Source of the DNA: Candidatus Latescibacterota bacterium
GTDB lineage: Bacteria > Latescibacterota > UBA2968 > UBA8231
Reading direction: 5' to 3'
NCBI GenBank assembly: GCA_965261395.1
Contig: OZ253462.1
Location: forward strand, 3,200,001-3,264,000
Length of the DNA stretch: 64,000 nucleotides
Shown: piece by piece, positions 1-10,057 of the stretch
Numbering within the stretch: the stretch's first letter is position 1
Layout: each line of letters opens with the position of its first letter
The notes under the pieces: generated by a model
Seen by the model: only the letters and a program-made list of their open reading frames with translations
What the model was told of the DNA's origin: nothing
Database searches by the model: none
Program-made: the position numbers and the translations under genes

Positions 1-1876
1 CCAGTTGTACCTCAACGATGGCCGTGGCCGCTTTGCCGACGCGAGTGCGGCTGCCGGCGTGGTCGCGCCGACGCGGGATTTGGTCGGCCGCGGCTCGGCC
101 GTGGCCGATTACGACAACGACGGCGACCTAGATCTTTTCTTGCTCAACACCGGGCAACGCGCCCTGCTTTGGCGCAACGATACCCAAGCAGGCCATTACT
201 TGGCGCTGGCGTTAGAGGGGCGGACGAGCAACCGCGATGGCTACGGTGCCCGCGTGGAAGTGCGAGTGGGTGGCCGGACGCTGGTGGCGGAAAAGCGCAG
301 TGCGGCGAGCTATTTGTCGCAAAACGACGCGCGGATGTTTTTTGGATTGGGGCCGAGCGAGGAAGCCGAGCAGGTGGAAATCGCGTGGCCTTCGGGTATT
401 CGCCAAGTTTTAACGGGCGTGCGCGCCGGGCAGGTGTTGCGGGTCGTCGAGCCGGATGCGAGCGCACCGCAAGAAGCGGCTGACGAAGCTCTCGCGCAGG
501 CTGTGCCCCAGGGCGGCGATGCCGAGGATCTAGAGCAATTCTGGCGGGAAGCGCCCTTAGTCCTGCCGGAAAAGACGCGGGCCGTCCTGCCGCCCGCAAC
601 TCCTCTGTCCGAGCTGCGCGCCGCGACCCGCGCCCAGCCGGAGGTGGCCGATGTCCACATCGAGCTGGGCGCCGCGCTTGCACGCCAGCGCGCGTACGAC
701 GAGGCGGAGGCCGCTTATCGCCGCGCCTTACAGCTCGACGCGGACGCGGCTCAAGCCTATGTAGGTTTGGGAAAGCTCTACGCCGACCGCGGTGCGCTTG
801 GGCAAGCAGCATCCGCACTGAGACAAGCGATCGCGCTCGATAGCACCTTGGCCGAGCCGCACTACGTGCTGGGCAACATCCACCTGCGCCAACAGCGTTT
901 AGCCGCGGCCGTCCCGTTCTACGAGCACGCCATCGCGCTGTCGCCGCGCTATCTCCAAGCCTATTTCAACTTGGCCGGCTTGCACGCGCGGCAAACCGAT
1001 TACGGCCCGGCCATAGCCGTATTGCGTCGGGGCCTCGCGGCCCTGCCCGGAGAAGTGGAGCTGATGCTGCAATTGGCGCGGATCCATTTTGTCCAAGCGC
1101 AATACGAGGACGCGCTCGCGCAGCTCGCCAGCGTGGTGCAAGCGCAGCCCACGCGCGCAGAAGCACACGAGTTGACGGCCCAAATCTGGATGGCGCGCGA
1201 GGACGCGGAGGCCGCCCGCGCCGCTTTGCAGCAGGGGCTGGAGCACGTCCCGAACAGCGCCGCGCTCTTGGGGCGGCTGGGCATTCTGCTCTTGCAGGAG
1301 GGCGCGGACGAAGAGGCCGTATCCCTTTTGCAGCGGGCTTTAGCCGCGGACCCGGACCGCACGGAAGTGTACTATCATTTGGGTCAGGCGTTGTTGCGAC
1401 GCGGTGAGACTGTGCGCGGTCGCCAGCTCCTCGACTATTTCCACTCGTTGCAGCAGGAGCACCAAAAGTTGCTGGCCCACAAGACGGCCGTGGTGCTCAA
1501 CCCCAACGACGCGGACGCGTTCTACAAGTTAGGTGCGGTCTATGCGCGGATTGGCCGCTACGAGGCCGCTAGCCAAGCGTACCAAGCGGCTTTGGCCGTA
1601 GCGCCGGACCATCTCGACGCCCGCAACAACTTGGGCAACATCTACCTCCGTCGCCGCGCATTGGGGCTGGCTATTGCTGCGTACCAAGAAGTGTTGCGCC
1701 GCGATCCCCACTACGCCCGCGCCCACTACAACTTGGGCAACGCGTACCTGTTGGCCGGCGAGGAGACACGCGCGGCGGCGGCGTTTGCTAAAGCTGTTGA
1801 AGCCGATCCTGAACATCGCAAGGCGCAGCAGATGCTCGCCGAATTGCGGCGGCGCGAGGCCCAAGGTGAGCGCTGA
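1..1876 (+). CDS. CRTAC1-like FG-GAP/ASPIC-UnbV protein fused to C-terminal TPR array (5' end outside window)
   Basis: DYDNDGDLD Ca-binding motif; SNRDGYGARV..SYLSQND..FGLG..WPSG ASPIC/UnbV signature; many TPR helices (AYVGLGKLY, ARNNLGNIY, AHYNLGNAY); frame open from window edge. Confidence 0.88.
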   Translation, partial: QLYLNDGRGRFADASAAAGVVAPTRDLVGRGSAVADYDNDGDLDLFLLNTGQRALLWRNDTQAGHYLALALEGRTSNRDGYGARVEVRVGGRTLVAEKRSAASYLSQNDARMFFGLGPSEEAEQVEIAWPSGIRQVLTGVRAGQVLRVVEPDASAPQEAADEALAQAVPQGGDAEDLEQFWREAPLVLPEKTRAVLPPATPLSELRAATRAQPEVADVHIELGAALARQRAYDEAEAAYRRALQLDADAAQAYVGLGKLYADRGALGQAASALRQAIALDSTLAEPHYVLGNIHLRQQRLAAAVPFYEHAIALSPRYLQAYFNLAGLHARQTDYGPAIAVLRRGLAALPGEVELMLQLARIHFVQAQYEDALAQLASVVQAQPTRAEAHELTAQIWMAREDAEAARAALQQGLEHVPNSAALLGRLGILLLQEGADEEAVSLLQRALAADPDRTEVYYHLGQALLRRGETVRGRQLLDYFHSLQQEHQKLLAHKTAVVLNPNDADAFYKLGAVYARIGRYEAASQAYQAALAVAPDHLDARNNLGNIYLRRRALGLAIAAYQEVLRRDPHYARAHYNLGNAYLLAGEETRAAAAFAKAVEADPEHRKAQQMLAELRRREAQGER

Positions 1877-4319
1877 GCGGCGGCTGCAGCTCGGCGTGGG
1901 GCTGGTGGCTGCGGCCGTCATCGGCTATGAAATCGGCCTCGTCCGGCTGTTTTCCTTTTTGCAGCACTATCACTACACGTTTCTCGTGGTCTCAGGGGCG
2001 GTCTGCGGCTTGGGCTTGGGGGCCGCGCTGAGTGCGGTGCTGCGCGTGCGGGAAGAGCAGCTGTACCGGCACTTGGGCTATTGGGCTGGTTTTTGCGGGT
2101 GCAGCATGGGCCTGGGGGCACTCGCGTTGGCGCAGTTCCCCCGCATGCCGCTGTGGATGTTGGTCGGGGTGGCCGGGGTGCCGTTTGTCGCGGCGGGTGC
2201 GTTGCTCGCTCTCGCGTTCCGCGCGCGCCATCGGCACAGCCAAGTGCTCTACTTTTGGGATCTGGTCGGCGCGGCGCTGGGTATTCTGTGGATCGTGCCG
2301 GCCTTAGAGTGGCTGGGAGGCGTGGGTGCGCTGGCGAGCGCTGGATTCTTCGCGTTCGCGGCGGCGGCGCTGTGGATCGGCGGCTGGGGAGTATGGGTCG
2401 CTCCAGCTTTTTTGACCGTCTTACTTGCAGTTCAACGCGATGCGCAGCATGAGATTATTGACCTCAGTGCCCTAGCTGAGGCCGCCGACAAGCCCATGTT
2501 CCGCGCCTTGGGCGCGGCGCGCCACCGAGGGGAAGTGAAGGATACGCACTGGAGCGCGTACGCGCGCACCGACTTGGTAGATCGCACGGGCGACACGGGC
2601 CTGAACTTGTACGTAGATGGTGGGGCTGGCTCGTATATGTTCCGCTTTCCCGGGGATTACCGGCGGCTGTTTTTCTTGCGCCGCGAGGCTGCGTTTTTCC
2701 CCTATTACTTCTCGTCCCGCGAGCGCGCTCTGATCATCGGGCCGGGCGGTGGTGCCGACGTGCTCTACGCCCTGATGACCGGCTGGCGGCAGATCGAAGC
2801 CGTAGAGATCAACCCGGAGATCGCCGCGCTAGTTCGCTCATACGGAGAGTACAACGGCCATTTGTACGACTTGGAGGGGGTAGAGCTGCACATTGGCGAT
2901 GGCCGCAACTATTTGGAGCGTTCCCCCGCGCGCTACGATCTAATCGCCCTGCCCTTGGTGTATGCCGAGGCGGCTGATTTGGTGGGGTACGCGCTTTCCG
3001 AGAATTACCTGTTCACCCGCGAGGCATTTGCCGCCTATCTCGATCACCTCACCGAGGGTGGTCGGTTGGCTCTCGTAGTCCACAATCACGCGCTGATGTT
3101 GCGCGTGGTCGCCACCTTGGGTGCCTTGTGGGAAGAGCGCGGCCACGAGCCGAGCGCGGTGCTCGACCACCTCGTCATCGTCAATGGCGCTCGCGGCGAT
3201 CCGGCGCGGCAAGAGGCCTACCGTCCCTTGTTACTGGTGCAGCGACAGCCCTATACAGCCGGGCAGTTGGCGCGGCTACACGCGGCGATGGAGGAGTTGG
3301 GTTTAGACGCGTACTTTGCACCCGGAAGGCGCGAACGGCCGGCGCTGGCAGCGTTGCGCGGGGCTACATTGGCGGATTTTGTTGCCGCCGCCGCATTCGA
3401 CATCTCGCCGACGACTGACGACCGTCCCTTCTTTTACGACGCTACTCGCGGGCTGGATTCCAAGCTAACTTGGCTATTGGTCGGCGCGTTGTTGGCGTGC
3501 ACGCTGGTGATGTTGGTGCCGCTTGCTGCGCCGAATATGCGCCAGCGGAGCGCGTCTGGACCGCCGCCGCTGTTGTGGGCGTTGTTCACCGCCGGATTGG
3601 GCACGGGCTTTATGATGGTCGAGATCCATCTCTTGCAGCGCTTTGGCCTGTTCCTCGGCTATCCGACCCTGACGCTGGCGGTCGCGCTTTTCGGGCTGTT
3701 GTTGGGTACGGGGGCCGGGAGTCTCGTGGGTGGATGGTGTCGCCCGCTCGCGTATCCACGGGGGTTGGGATTGGTCGGTGTGGCCGTCGGCCTCGTCTGC
3801 TATCTCTATGGGTTCTTGCTCGATGGCGTGCTCGCTGGGACGTTGGCGTGGTCGCTGGCTGCGCGCGTTGGGTTGACGCTGGCTCTCGTCGCGCCGCTCG
3901 GAATGTTGCTAGGCACCTGTTTTCCGGCCTGTCTGCGCTTGGGTGGTTCACAACGCGCCGGGATCGTCCCTTGGCTGTGGGCCGTCAATGGTTTCTTCTC
4001 GGTACTCGGATCGGTCGGGGCCGTGGCTTTGGGCATGGAGTGGGGAGCGAGTGCATCGTTGGCGGTCGGCGCGGCCGCGTATGTGGCGGCGGGTACGGCG
4101 CTCTTTTTAGGCAGCCGCCGGACTCCTTCAGGCGTGGAGGTGACCCGGCCGGCCGACGCGGGACGCTGGGCGGTGGGTGCTCTGTTCTTGGTTGCGCTGC
4201 TGTGGTATGCGGCCTTTAGCTTTATCGGCGCGCGCTATTGGGGCGCAGCTCCTTCGGCTGCTCATCCGCGCCCGCCGGTTGCGGTCGAGGTGTGGCCGGC
4301 GGCGCTTAGGGACTTTTAA
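1866..4319 (+). CDS. Multi-TM membrane protein with spermidine-synthase-like class I SAM-dependent methyltransferase domain
   Basis: Hydrophobic N- and C-terminal blocks around IIGPGGGADV, EAVEINPEI, GDGRNYL, SENYLFTREAF; in-frame GTG at 1866 overlapping the upstream gene preferred over 1674. Confidence 0.8.
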   Translation: MSAERRLQLGVGLVAAAVIGYEIGLVRLFSFLQHYHYTFLVVSGAVCGLGLGAALSAVLRVREEQLYRHLGYWAGFCGCSMGLGALALAQFPRMPLWMLVGVAGVPFVAAGALLALAFRARHRHSQVLYFWDLVGAALGILWIVPALEWLGGVGALASAGFFAFAAAALWIGGWGVWVAPAFLTVLLAVQRDAQHEIIDLSALAEAADKPMFRALGAARHRGEVKDTHWSAYARTDLVDRTGDTGLNLYVDGGAGSYMFRFPGDYRRLFFLRREAAFFPYYFSSRERALIIGPGGGADVLYALMTGWRQIEAVEINPEIAALVRSYGEYNGHLYDLEGVELHIGDGRNYLERSPARYDLIALPLVYAEAADLVGYALSENYLFTREAFAAYLDHLTEGGRLALVVHNHALMLRVVATLGALWEERGHEPSAVLDHLVIVNGARGDPARQEAYRPLLLVQRQPYTAGQLARLHAAMEELGLDAYFAPGRRERPALAALRGATLADFVAAAAFDISPTTDDRPFFYDATRGLDSKLTWLLVGALLACTLVMLVPLAAPNMRQRSASGPPPLLWALFTAGLGTGFMMVEIHLLQRFGLFLGYPTLTLAVALFGLLLGTGAGSLVGGWCRPLAYPRGLGLVGVAVGLVCYLYGFLLDGVLAGTLAWSLAARVGLTLALVAPLGMLLGTCFPACLRLGGSQRAGIVPWLWAVNGFFSVLGSVGAVALGMEWGASASLAVGAAAYVAAGTALFLGSRRTPSGVEVTRPADAGRWAVGALFLVALLWYAAFSFIGARYWGAAPSAAHPRPPVAVEVWPAALRDF

Positions 4320-4336
4320 CACCATTACCAGCCTTT

Positions 4337-5332
4337 TTGGCTATCCGAATAGGACCGCTTATGCTCGTCTTTTCCAGCCTGCGTCTCGCCGCCCCGCCAA
4401 CCTCTCGGAATGCTTGGGAAGCCCAACGCCCCGCTCTTTTGGGAGCCATGCAACAGATCATGGGGCCTTTGCCTGGGCCGGAAAAGCGTGGGCCGCTCGA
4501 CGTTCAAGTCCAAGAGGAAGTGGATTGCGGCTCTTATACCCGCCGCCTCATTACCTACGTCTCCGAGCCGGACTGTCGGGTGCCGGCCTATTTGCTGATT
4601 CCCCATGCTGCCCTAGAATCCCCAGCTCCGGCCGTGCTTTGCCCCCATCCTACGGACGACCGCATCGGCCACAAAGTCGTCGTCGGTTTGGGCGGCCGCG
4701 CCAACCGTGCGTATGCTAGCGAACTGGCCCAAGCTGGCTTTGTAACCCTCGCCCCGGCTTACCCCCTGCTAGCGGACTATCGCCCCGACTGGCGTGCTCT
4801 CGGCTACCAGTCGGGGACCATGAAGGCGATATGGGACAATATGCGCGGCCTCGATCTGCTGGCCGAACTGCCCTTTGTCGCAGGGGAATCTTTCGCCTCC
4901 ATCGGCCACTCGCTGGGCGGTCACAACTCGATCTACACCGCAGTTTTCGACTCGCGCATCGCCGCAGTCGTCTCTAGTTGCGGCCTCGATTCCTATCAAG
5001 ATTATATGGACGGCGATATCACGGGCTGGACCAGCGATCGCTACATGCCGCGCTTAAAGGACTATGTCCTAACAGACCTTCCCTTTGACTTCCACGACAT
5101 GATCGCTGCTTTAGCGCCGCGCCCTTGCTTCATCTCCGCGCCTTTGGGCGACTCCAATTTCCGCTGGCGCAGCGTCGCCTCAGTGGTCGAAACCGCCCGA
5201 GCGGTGTACGATCTGTACGGTGCCGGCGAGGACCTCCAAGTGGTCTATCCCGATTGCGGCCACGACTTTCCCGACGCCATTCGAGAGCGAGCCTACCGCG
5301 TTATCGCCGAGGCCCTGACTAGCGGCGACTGA
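4337..5332 (+). CDS. Alpha/beta-fold hydrolase (dienelactone hydrolase/esterase-like); start uncertain
   Basis: GHSLGG nucleophile elbow, VPAYLLIP, PAVLCPH, C-terminal GHDFP. Confidence 0.8.
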   Translation: MAIRIGPLMLVFSSLRLAAPPTSRNAWEAQRPALLGAMQQIMGPLPGPEKRGPLDVQVQEEVDCGSYTRRLITYVSEPDCRVPAYLLIPHAALESPAPAVLCPHPTDDRIGHKVVVGLGGRANRAYASELAQAGFVTLAPAYPLLADYRPDWRALGYQSGTMKAIWDNMRGLDLLAELPFVAGESFASIGHSLGGHNSIYTAVFDSRIAAVVSSCGLDSYQDYMDGDITGWTSDRYMPRLKDYVLTDLPFDFHDMIAALAPRPCFISAPLGDSNFRWRSVASVVETARAVYDLYGAGEDLQVVYPDCGHDFPDAIRERAYRVIAEALTSGD

Positions 5333-5497
5333 CAGTCGTTGTGGGCGATTCTTAGGGCCTTTTGACGCCTGGTTTGGATTGCAACGATAGGCTTGGTTTG
5401 CTATTGGACGAGGATGCGGTAGTTTTTGTACGATGTTTGCCGCGTCAGGATATTTATCGATACTTCCCATAGCCAGCAATGCGATCTTTACTGAAAA

Positions 5498-7126
5498 ATG
5501 CTCAAGTTTCTTCTGCTTCTACTTCTTTTATTCGTCCCCCTCTACGCCAACCCTCGCTTCCACGACGCCACCCAAGAAGCGGGCATCGGCTTTGTCCACG
5601 TCAACGGTGCGAATGGCCAGAAATTCGTCATTGAAACGGTCGGTCCGGGCGGCGGCTTTTTCGACTACGACGGCGACGGTCGCCTCGACATTTATCTAAT
5701 CAACGGAGCCGCTGTGCCTGGGACCGAATACGACCCTGCGCCGCAAAATGCGCTCTACCGGAACAGAGGCGACGGCACCTTCACCGATGTAACGGAACAC
5801 ACCGGCGTCGGCGACACGGGCTACGGCATGGGCTGCGCAGTCGGCGATATCGACAACGACGGCGACCTCGATCTATACGTGACCAACTTCGGTGCCAATG
5901 TGCTGTATCGGAATGAGGGCGATGGAACGTTTGCGGATGTGACGGTCGCGGCCCAAGTCGGCGACGAGGGCTGGGGGGCGAGCGCCGCGTTTGCCGACAT
6001 CGACCGCGACGGCTTCGTCGATTTATACGTGGGCAATTACCACAACTTTTCCTATGCCAATCACCGCGTCTGCGCCGAGGGCGGCAGCGGCTTGCAGCTC
6101 TACTGCGGCCCGGAGGCCTTTGACGGGGTGACCGATGTGTTGTATCGGAACGAGGGGGATGGAACGTTTGCGGATATTACGGTCGCGGCCGGTCTAGGCA
6201 GCGCTGAAGGCAAGGAGCTAGGCGTGGTCTTCGGCGACGTGGATCTCGACGGCGACCCAGACCTGTACTTGGCCAACGACAAGACCTTGAACTTCTTGTA
6301 TCTCAACGACGGCACCGGCCACTTTGCGGAAGAAGCGCTTTTGTCCGGAGTCGCGTACAACGAAGACGGCGATGTCGAAGCGGGCATGGGCGTTGACATG
6401 GGCGACTACGACAACGACGGCGCCCTCGACCTTTTCGTCACCAACTTTCAGTGGGAGACCAATACCCTGTACAAAAATCTCGGCGACGGCACCTTTGTCG
6501 ATGAAACCTTCCTGGCCGGGTTGGGCAAGGGCAGCATAGCCTACTTGGCGTGGGGCACGCGCTTTTTCGATGCCGACAACGACGGCGACCGCGACCTTTT
6601 TATCGCCAATGGCCACTTGGAAAGCGATGTCGAGCAATACGAGAACGCGACTTTCCCGCAGCGCAATCAGCTCTTTCTCAACGCTGGCGACGGCCGCTTC
6701 GAGGAATACCCAGAGGACGGCGGTGCCCTGTCCTTGAAACGAGTCAGTCGCGGCGCGGCCTTTGGCGACTACGACGACGATGGCGATATCGACGTGCTGG
6801 TGGCCAATGTCGCCGCCCAGCCGACCTTGATGCGCAACGACGGCGCGAGTGGCCACTGGGTGCGCCTGCGGCTAGAGGGCCGTGACAGCAACCGCGCTGG
6901 CATCGGGACCCGCGTCAAAGTTACAAGCGGCGGGCAGGTGCAGACCGACGAAGTGCGCTCGGGTGCCAGCTTCCTCTCGCAGAGCGACCTGCGGCTGCAC
7001 TTCGGGCTAGGAACGGCCACTAGCATTGAGCGGGTGGTCGTCTATTGGCCGAGCGGTCGGGTAGAGGAATATGCGGACTTAGGCGTCAACCAAGAGCATC
7101 TGCTCGTCGAAGGAGCGGCGCGATGA
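5498..7126 (+). CDS. Secreted CRTAC1-family protein (FG-GAP beta-propeller + ASPIC/UnbV)
   Basis: Signal peptide; repeated DxDxDGxxD and LYRNxGDGTF blades; SFLSQSDLRLHFGLG. Confidence 0.92.
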   Translation: MLKFLLLLLLLFVPLYANPRFHDATQEAGIGFVHVNGANGQKFVIETVGPGGGFFDYDGDGRLDIYLINGAAVPGTEYDPAPQNALYRNRGDGTFTDVTEHTGVGDTGYGMGCAVGDIDNDGDLDLYVTNFGANVLYRNEGDGTFADVTVAAQVGDEGWGASAAFADIDRDGFVDLYVGNYHNFSYANHRVCAEGGSGLQLYCGPEAFDGVTDVLYRNEGDGTFADITVAAGLGSAEGKELGVVFGDVDLDGDPDLYLANDKTLNFLYLNDGTGHFAEEALLSGVAYNEDGDVEAGMGVDMGDYDNDGALDLFVTNFQWETNTLYKNLGDGTFVDETFLAGLGKGSIAYLAWGTRFFDADNDGDRDLFIANGHLESDVEQYENATFPQRNQLFLNAGDGRFEEYPEDGGALSLKRVSRGAAFGDYDDDGDIDVLVANVAAQPTLMRNDGASGHWVRLRLEGRDSNRAGIGTRVKVTSGGQVQTDEVRSGASFLSQSDLRLHFGLGTATSIERVVVYWPSGRVEEYADLGVNQEHLLVEGAAR

Positions 7127-8493
7127 GGGTGCTGCTAATCTGCCTCGCATTGTGCGCCTGTGCGGAGGAAAGCTCGCAAGAAAAAGTGCGCCCCGGCGCG
7201 GCTATGGACGCCGAAATGCTCTTTGCGCGCGGCACCGCGCTCGCCTCCCAAGGCCGCCATACTGAGGCCATCGACGCCTACCAGCAGGCTGCCGCGCTAG
7301 CACCTAGGTCCGTCAAGGTTCATTACAACCTCGGCAACGCCTACGTGCGCCAGCTCGATTACCCCAGCGCGATGACAGCCTATCAGCGCGTATTGGCGCT
7401 GGACTCGACGCACGTATCAGCGCGGCACAACCTCGCGGCGATGTACGTCAAACAGCTCAACTACGCCCAAGCCATTGACGAACACCGCCGGGTGCTCTCG
7501 TTAGACCCCGGCCATTTGACGACCTACTACGACCTCGGCTACATCTACTTCTTGCGCGGCGAGTACGGCGAGGTGGAAGCGCTGCTGCAAGCGGGTCTGG
7601 ACCGCGACTCGACCAATGCCTCCTTCTACCGGCTCTTGGGCCGGACGCGCCTGAAGGAACTCGACTTTGAGTGGGCCGCGATGGCTCTGACGCGTGCTGT
7701 CGCGCTGGACAGCACGGACGCGGCAGCGTACGTCGATCTAGCGCAGGTGGAGCTCAAGCGGCGCGAGTACGCGGCGGCCGAACGCGCCGCCCGCCGTGCC
7801 ACTGCGCTCGACCCACTGTCCAAGGAGGCGTACTTTGCGCTGGCCAATGCTCTCAAGCGGCTCGGCCGCCGCGAGGAGAGCACCGAAGTGCTGGCGCAGT
7901 TTCGGGCGCTCGACCAGCAGCTCGACAAAATCGACGACCAGTTGCGGATGCTGGGCAATGTGCCCGACGACCACGAGGCGCGGGCGCAATTGGGCCTGCT
8001 GTACAGCGAGCAGGGCCGCTTGACGGAAGCTGCCGAAGCGTATCGGCTGGCCGTGCGCCTCGCGCCGGACAGCCTGCGCTACCGCAACAATCTAGGGAAC
8101 CTGTACCTGCGCTTGGGCCAATTCGCCGAAGCCGTCACCGAGTATCAAGCCGCGCTGGCCTTGGACCCAGAATACGCCAAGGCGCACTACAATTTGGGCC
8201 AGGCGTACCTGCGCTTGCAGCGCTTTGACGAGGCCGTAGCGAGCCTCACCGAAGCGCGCCGCTTAGCACCGGAAGACGCGGAGACCCATTACTTTTTGGG
8301 GCTGCTACACGCGCGCGCTGACGACTTCGTTGCGGCCGCCGAGATGCTGGCCGTCGCCGTGGCAGCCCGGCCGGACTGGCTCGACGCGCGGCAGAAGCTG
8401 GCCGTGGCATACTTGAAGTCGGGCAAGGTAGAAGAGAGCAAGCGAGAGTTGGAGGCGATCCGGCAAATGAAAGAGAGTGGGCAGCATGAGTAA
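7123..8493 (+). CDS. TPR-repeat lipoprotein
   Basis: ATG at 7123 overlaps upstream TGA; lipobox-like LCAC; repeated HYNLGNAY-type TPRs. Confidence 0.88.
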   Translation: MRVLLICLALCACAEESSQEKVRPGAAMDAEMLFARGTALASQGRHTEAIDAYQQAAALAPRSVKVHYNLGNAYVRQLDYPSAMTAYQRVLALDSTHVSARHNLAAMYVKQLNYAQAIDEHRRVLSLDPGHLTTYYDLGYIYFLRGEYGEVEALLQAGLDRDSTNASFYRLLGRTRLKELDFEWAAMALTRAVALDSTDAAAYVDLAQVELKRREYAAAERAARRATALDPLSKEAYFALANALKRLGRREESTEVLAQFRALDQQLDKIDDQLRMLGNVPDDHEARAQLGLLYSEQGRLTEAAEAYRLAVRLAPDSLRYRNNLGNLYLRLGQFAEAVTEYQAALALDPEYAKAHYNLGQAYLRLQRFDEAVASLTEARRLAPEDAETHYFLGLLHARADDFVAAAEMLAVAVAARPDWLDARQKLAVAYLKSGKVEESKRELEAIRQMKESGQHE

Positions 8494-10057
8494 GCGTTGG
8501 CTGGGAGCGGCATTTTGTTCGGCGCTGGTCGGCCTAAGCGGCTGCGCCGAGGACGGCCCGGCCGTGGCCACTGAAGATGCCGTCTTGGTGGAGGTGGGGC
8601 CAACGGCGATTCGGGTGGCGGACTACCGCCAGTTCATCGCGCGGGTGGCGCCGGAATTGCGGGCCGAGTACGGGGCCGAGCAGTTATTGCAGGCCATCGT
8701 CGAGCAAACGCTGCTCGTGCAAGAAGCCGAGCGGCGGGGATTGAGCGAGAGCGCGGAGTTTTTGCAATGGCAGGCGCAGGCGCAGGCACAGCTGGTGCAG
8801 CAGGCCTTGTACGAGCGCGCCGGTATCGTCCAACCCGAGGTCGCCGAGGAGGAGCTGCGGACCTACTTCCAGCACAGCCCGTACAACCGCCAAGTGCGCT
8901 TCAGCCTGCTGATGGTGCGCGACCAAGAGCAGCTACCGGAGATTTTGGCCTCGCTCGCCGAGGGAGCGGACTTTGAAGAGCTATCGATGCAGCACTCGCA
9001 GGACTCGCGGATCCTAGAGCGCCGCGCCGACATGGGCTATCACCGCTGGGGCGACACTATGGCCTCGCACGCCGCCCTGACCGAAAGGGCCTTCTCCATG
9101 CAGATCGGGGAGATCTCCGAGCCGCTGCAGGTGGCCGATGGGTACTTTCTCATCAAGCTCACGGACACGCACCCGGTCAGCTTTGAGCAGGAGCGGGAGA
9201 CCGTTCAGCGCTTGGTGCTGCGGGAGAGGCTCGGGCGACAGCTATTGGCTTATTACGATACCCTGCACGTGCGCTATAATGTGCGCTACGAGCCGGATGG
9301 GTTGGCGGCGGACCGGTCGCCAGAGGCGGTCGTGGCTGCGTACGACGGCGGGGTGCTAACGGTCGCACAGGCCCGCGAACTGCTAAAGGGTCAGGCCACG
9401 GGCGAAAAGGTGCTGCGGCGCGAGGTCGGGCGGCGCGTGTTGGTCCCGCTCGAAACCGCGCGGCTTGCGCTCGCCGCCGACCCGGACCTGCTGCGCGAAT
9501 TAGCGCGACTGCGGCAGATGCAGCTTGCGCGGCGCTTGCAGGACGCGCAGCAAGCGCAGGTGCCACCACCCAATCCCAACGGCCTGAGCCTGTTTTACGA
9601 GGAGCACAAGCTCCGTTATACCGCGCCAGCCGAGGTGGAGGTGCGTCGGCTTCTCGCCAGCGACGAGGCCGAGGGCACCGCCATCGTCGAGCGGCTGCGC
9701 ACCGGCCGCGATACGACGGCGCTGGTTGACCGCTTCGTCAGCGTTTTTTACGGCAGCGGCGCGTTGGAGGGCGACAATCCGGTTAGCCGTGCCCTGCGCG
9801 CCGACGAAGGGACTTTCCACGGCCCCTTTGCCACGGATAATGGTTATATTGTCTTGCAGGTGTTGCGCCGCCGCCCGGACCGGCTGCCACCGCTGGACGA
9901 AATCCGCGAGCAGGTGGAGGCGGATTGGGCGGCGGCCCAGCTCCAAGCTGCGATCAAGGAGCTGGCCGCGTCTCTGCGCCAGCGCCGCGCCAACGAAATC
10001 CGCTTCAGCCCAGACGCTGTGGCACTAGCCCTTTTGGCCACTTCTCATGGCGAATAA
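8486..10057 (+). CDS. PpiC/parvulin-type peptidyl-prolyl isomerase (PrsA/SurA-like) lipoprotein
   Basis: Lipobox LSGC; GADFEELSMQHSQD, DMGY, GEISEPLQVADGYFLIKL; second degenerate rotamase domain (GPFATDNGYIVL). Confidence 0.8.
   Translation: MSKRWLGAAFCSALVGLSGCAEDGPAVATEDAVLVEVGPTAIRVADYRQFIARVAPELRAEYGAEQLLQAIVEQTLLVQEAERRGLSESAEFLQWQAQAQAQLVQQALYERAGIVQPEVAEEELRTYFQHSPYNRQVRFSLLMVRDQEQLPEILASLAEGADFEELSMQHSQDSRILERRADMGYHRWGDTMASHAALTERAFSMQIGEISEPLQVADGYFLIKLTDTHPVSFEQERETVQRLVLRERLGRQLLAYYDTLHVRYNVRYEPDGLAADRSPEAVVAAYDGGVLTVAQARELLKGQATGEKVLRREVGRRVLVPLETARLALAADPDLLRELARLRQMQLARRLQDAQQAQVPPPNPNGLSLFYEEHKLRYTAPAEVEVRRLLASDEAEGTAIVERLRTGRDTTALVDRFVSVFYGSGALEGDNPVSRALRADEGTFHGPFATDNGYIVLQVLRRRPDRLPPLDEIREQVEADWAAAQLQAAIKELAASLRQRRANEIRFSPDAVALALLATSHGE

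Noticed and set aside
1674-1865. N-terminal extension of the 881-aa ORF
   Set aside because: Overlaps the TPR gene by about 200 bp; GTG 1866 fits better. The same applies to extensions at 7045, 30385, 33770, 44875 and 23866
5660-6800. Regularly recurring GACxxxGACGGCGAC-type repeats that could mimic a CRISPR array
   Set aside because: They encode FG-GAP DxDxDG motifs, are degenerate and lie in frame
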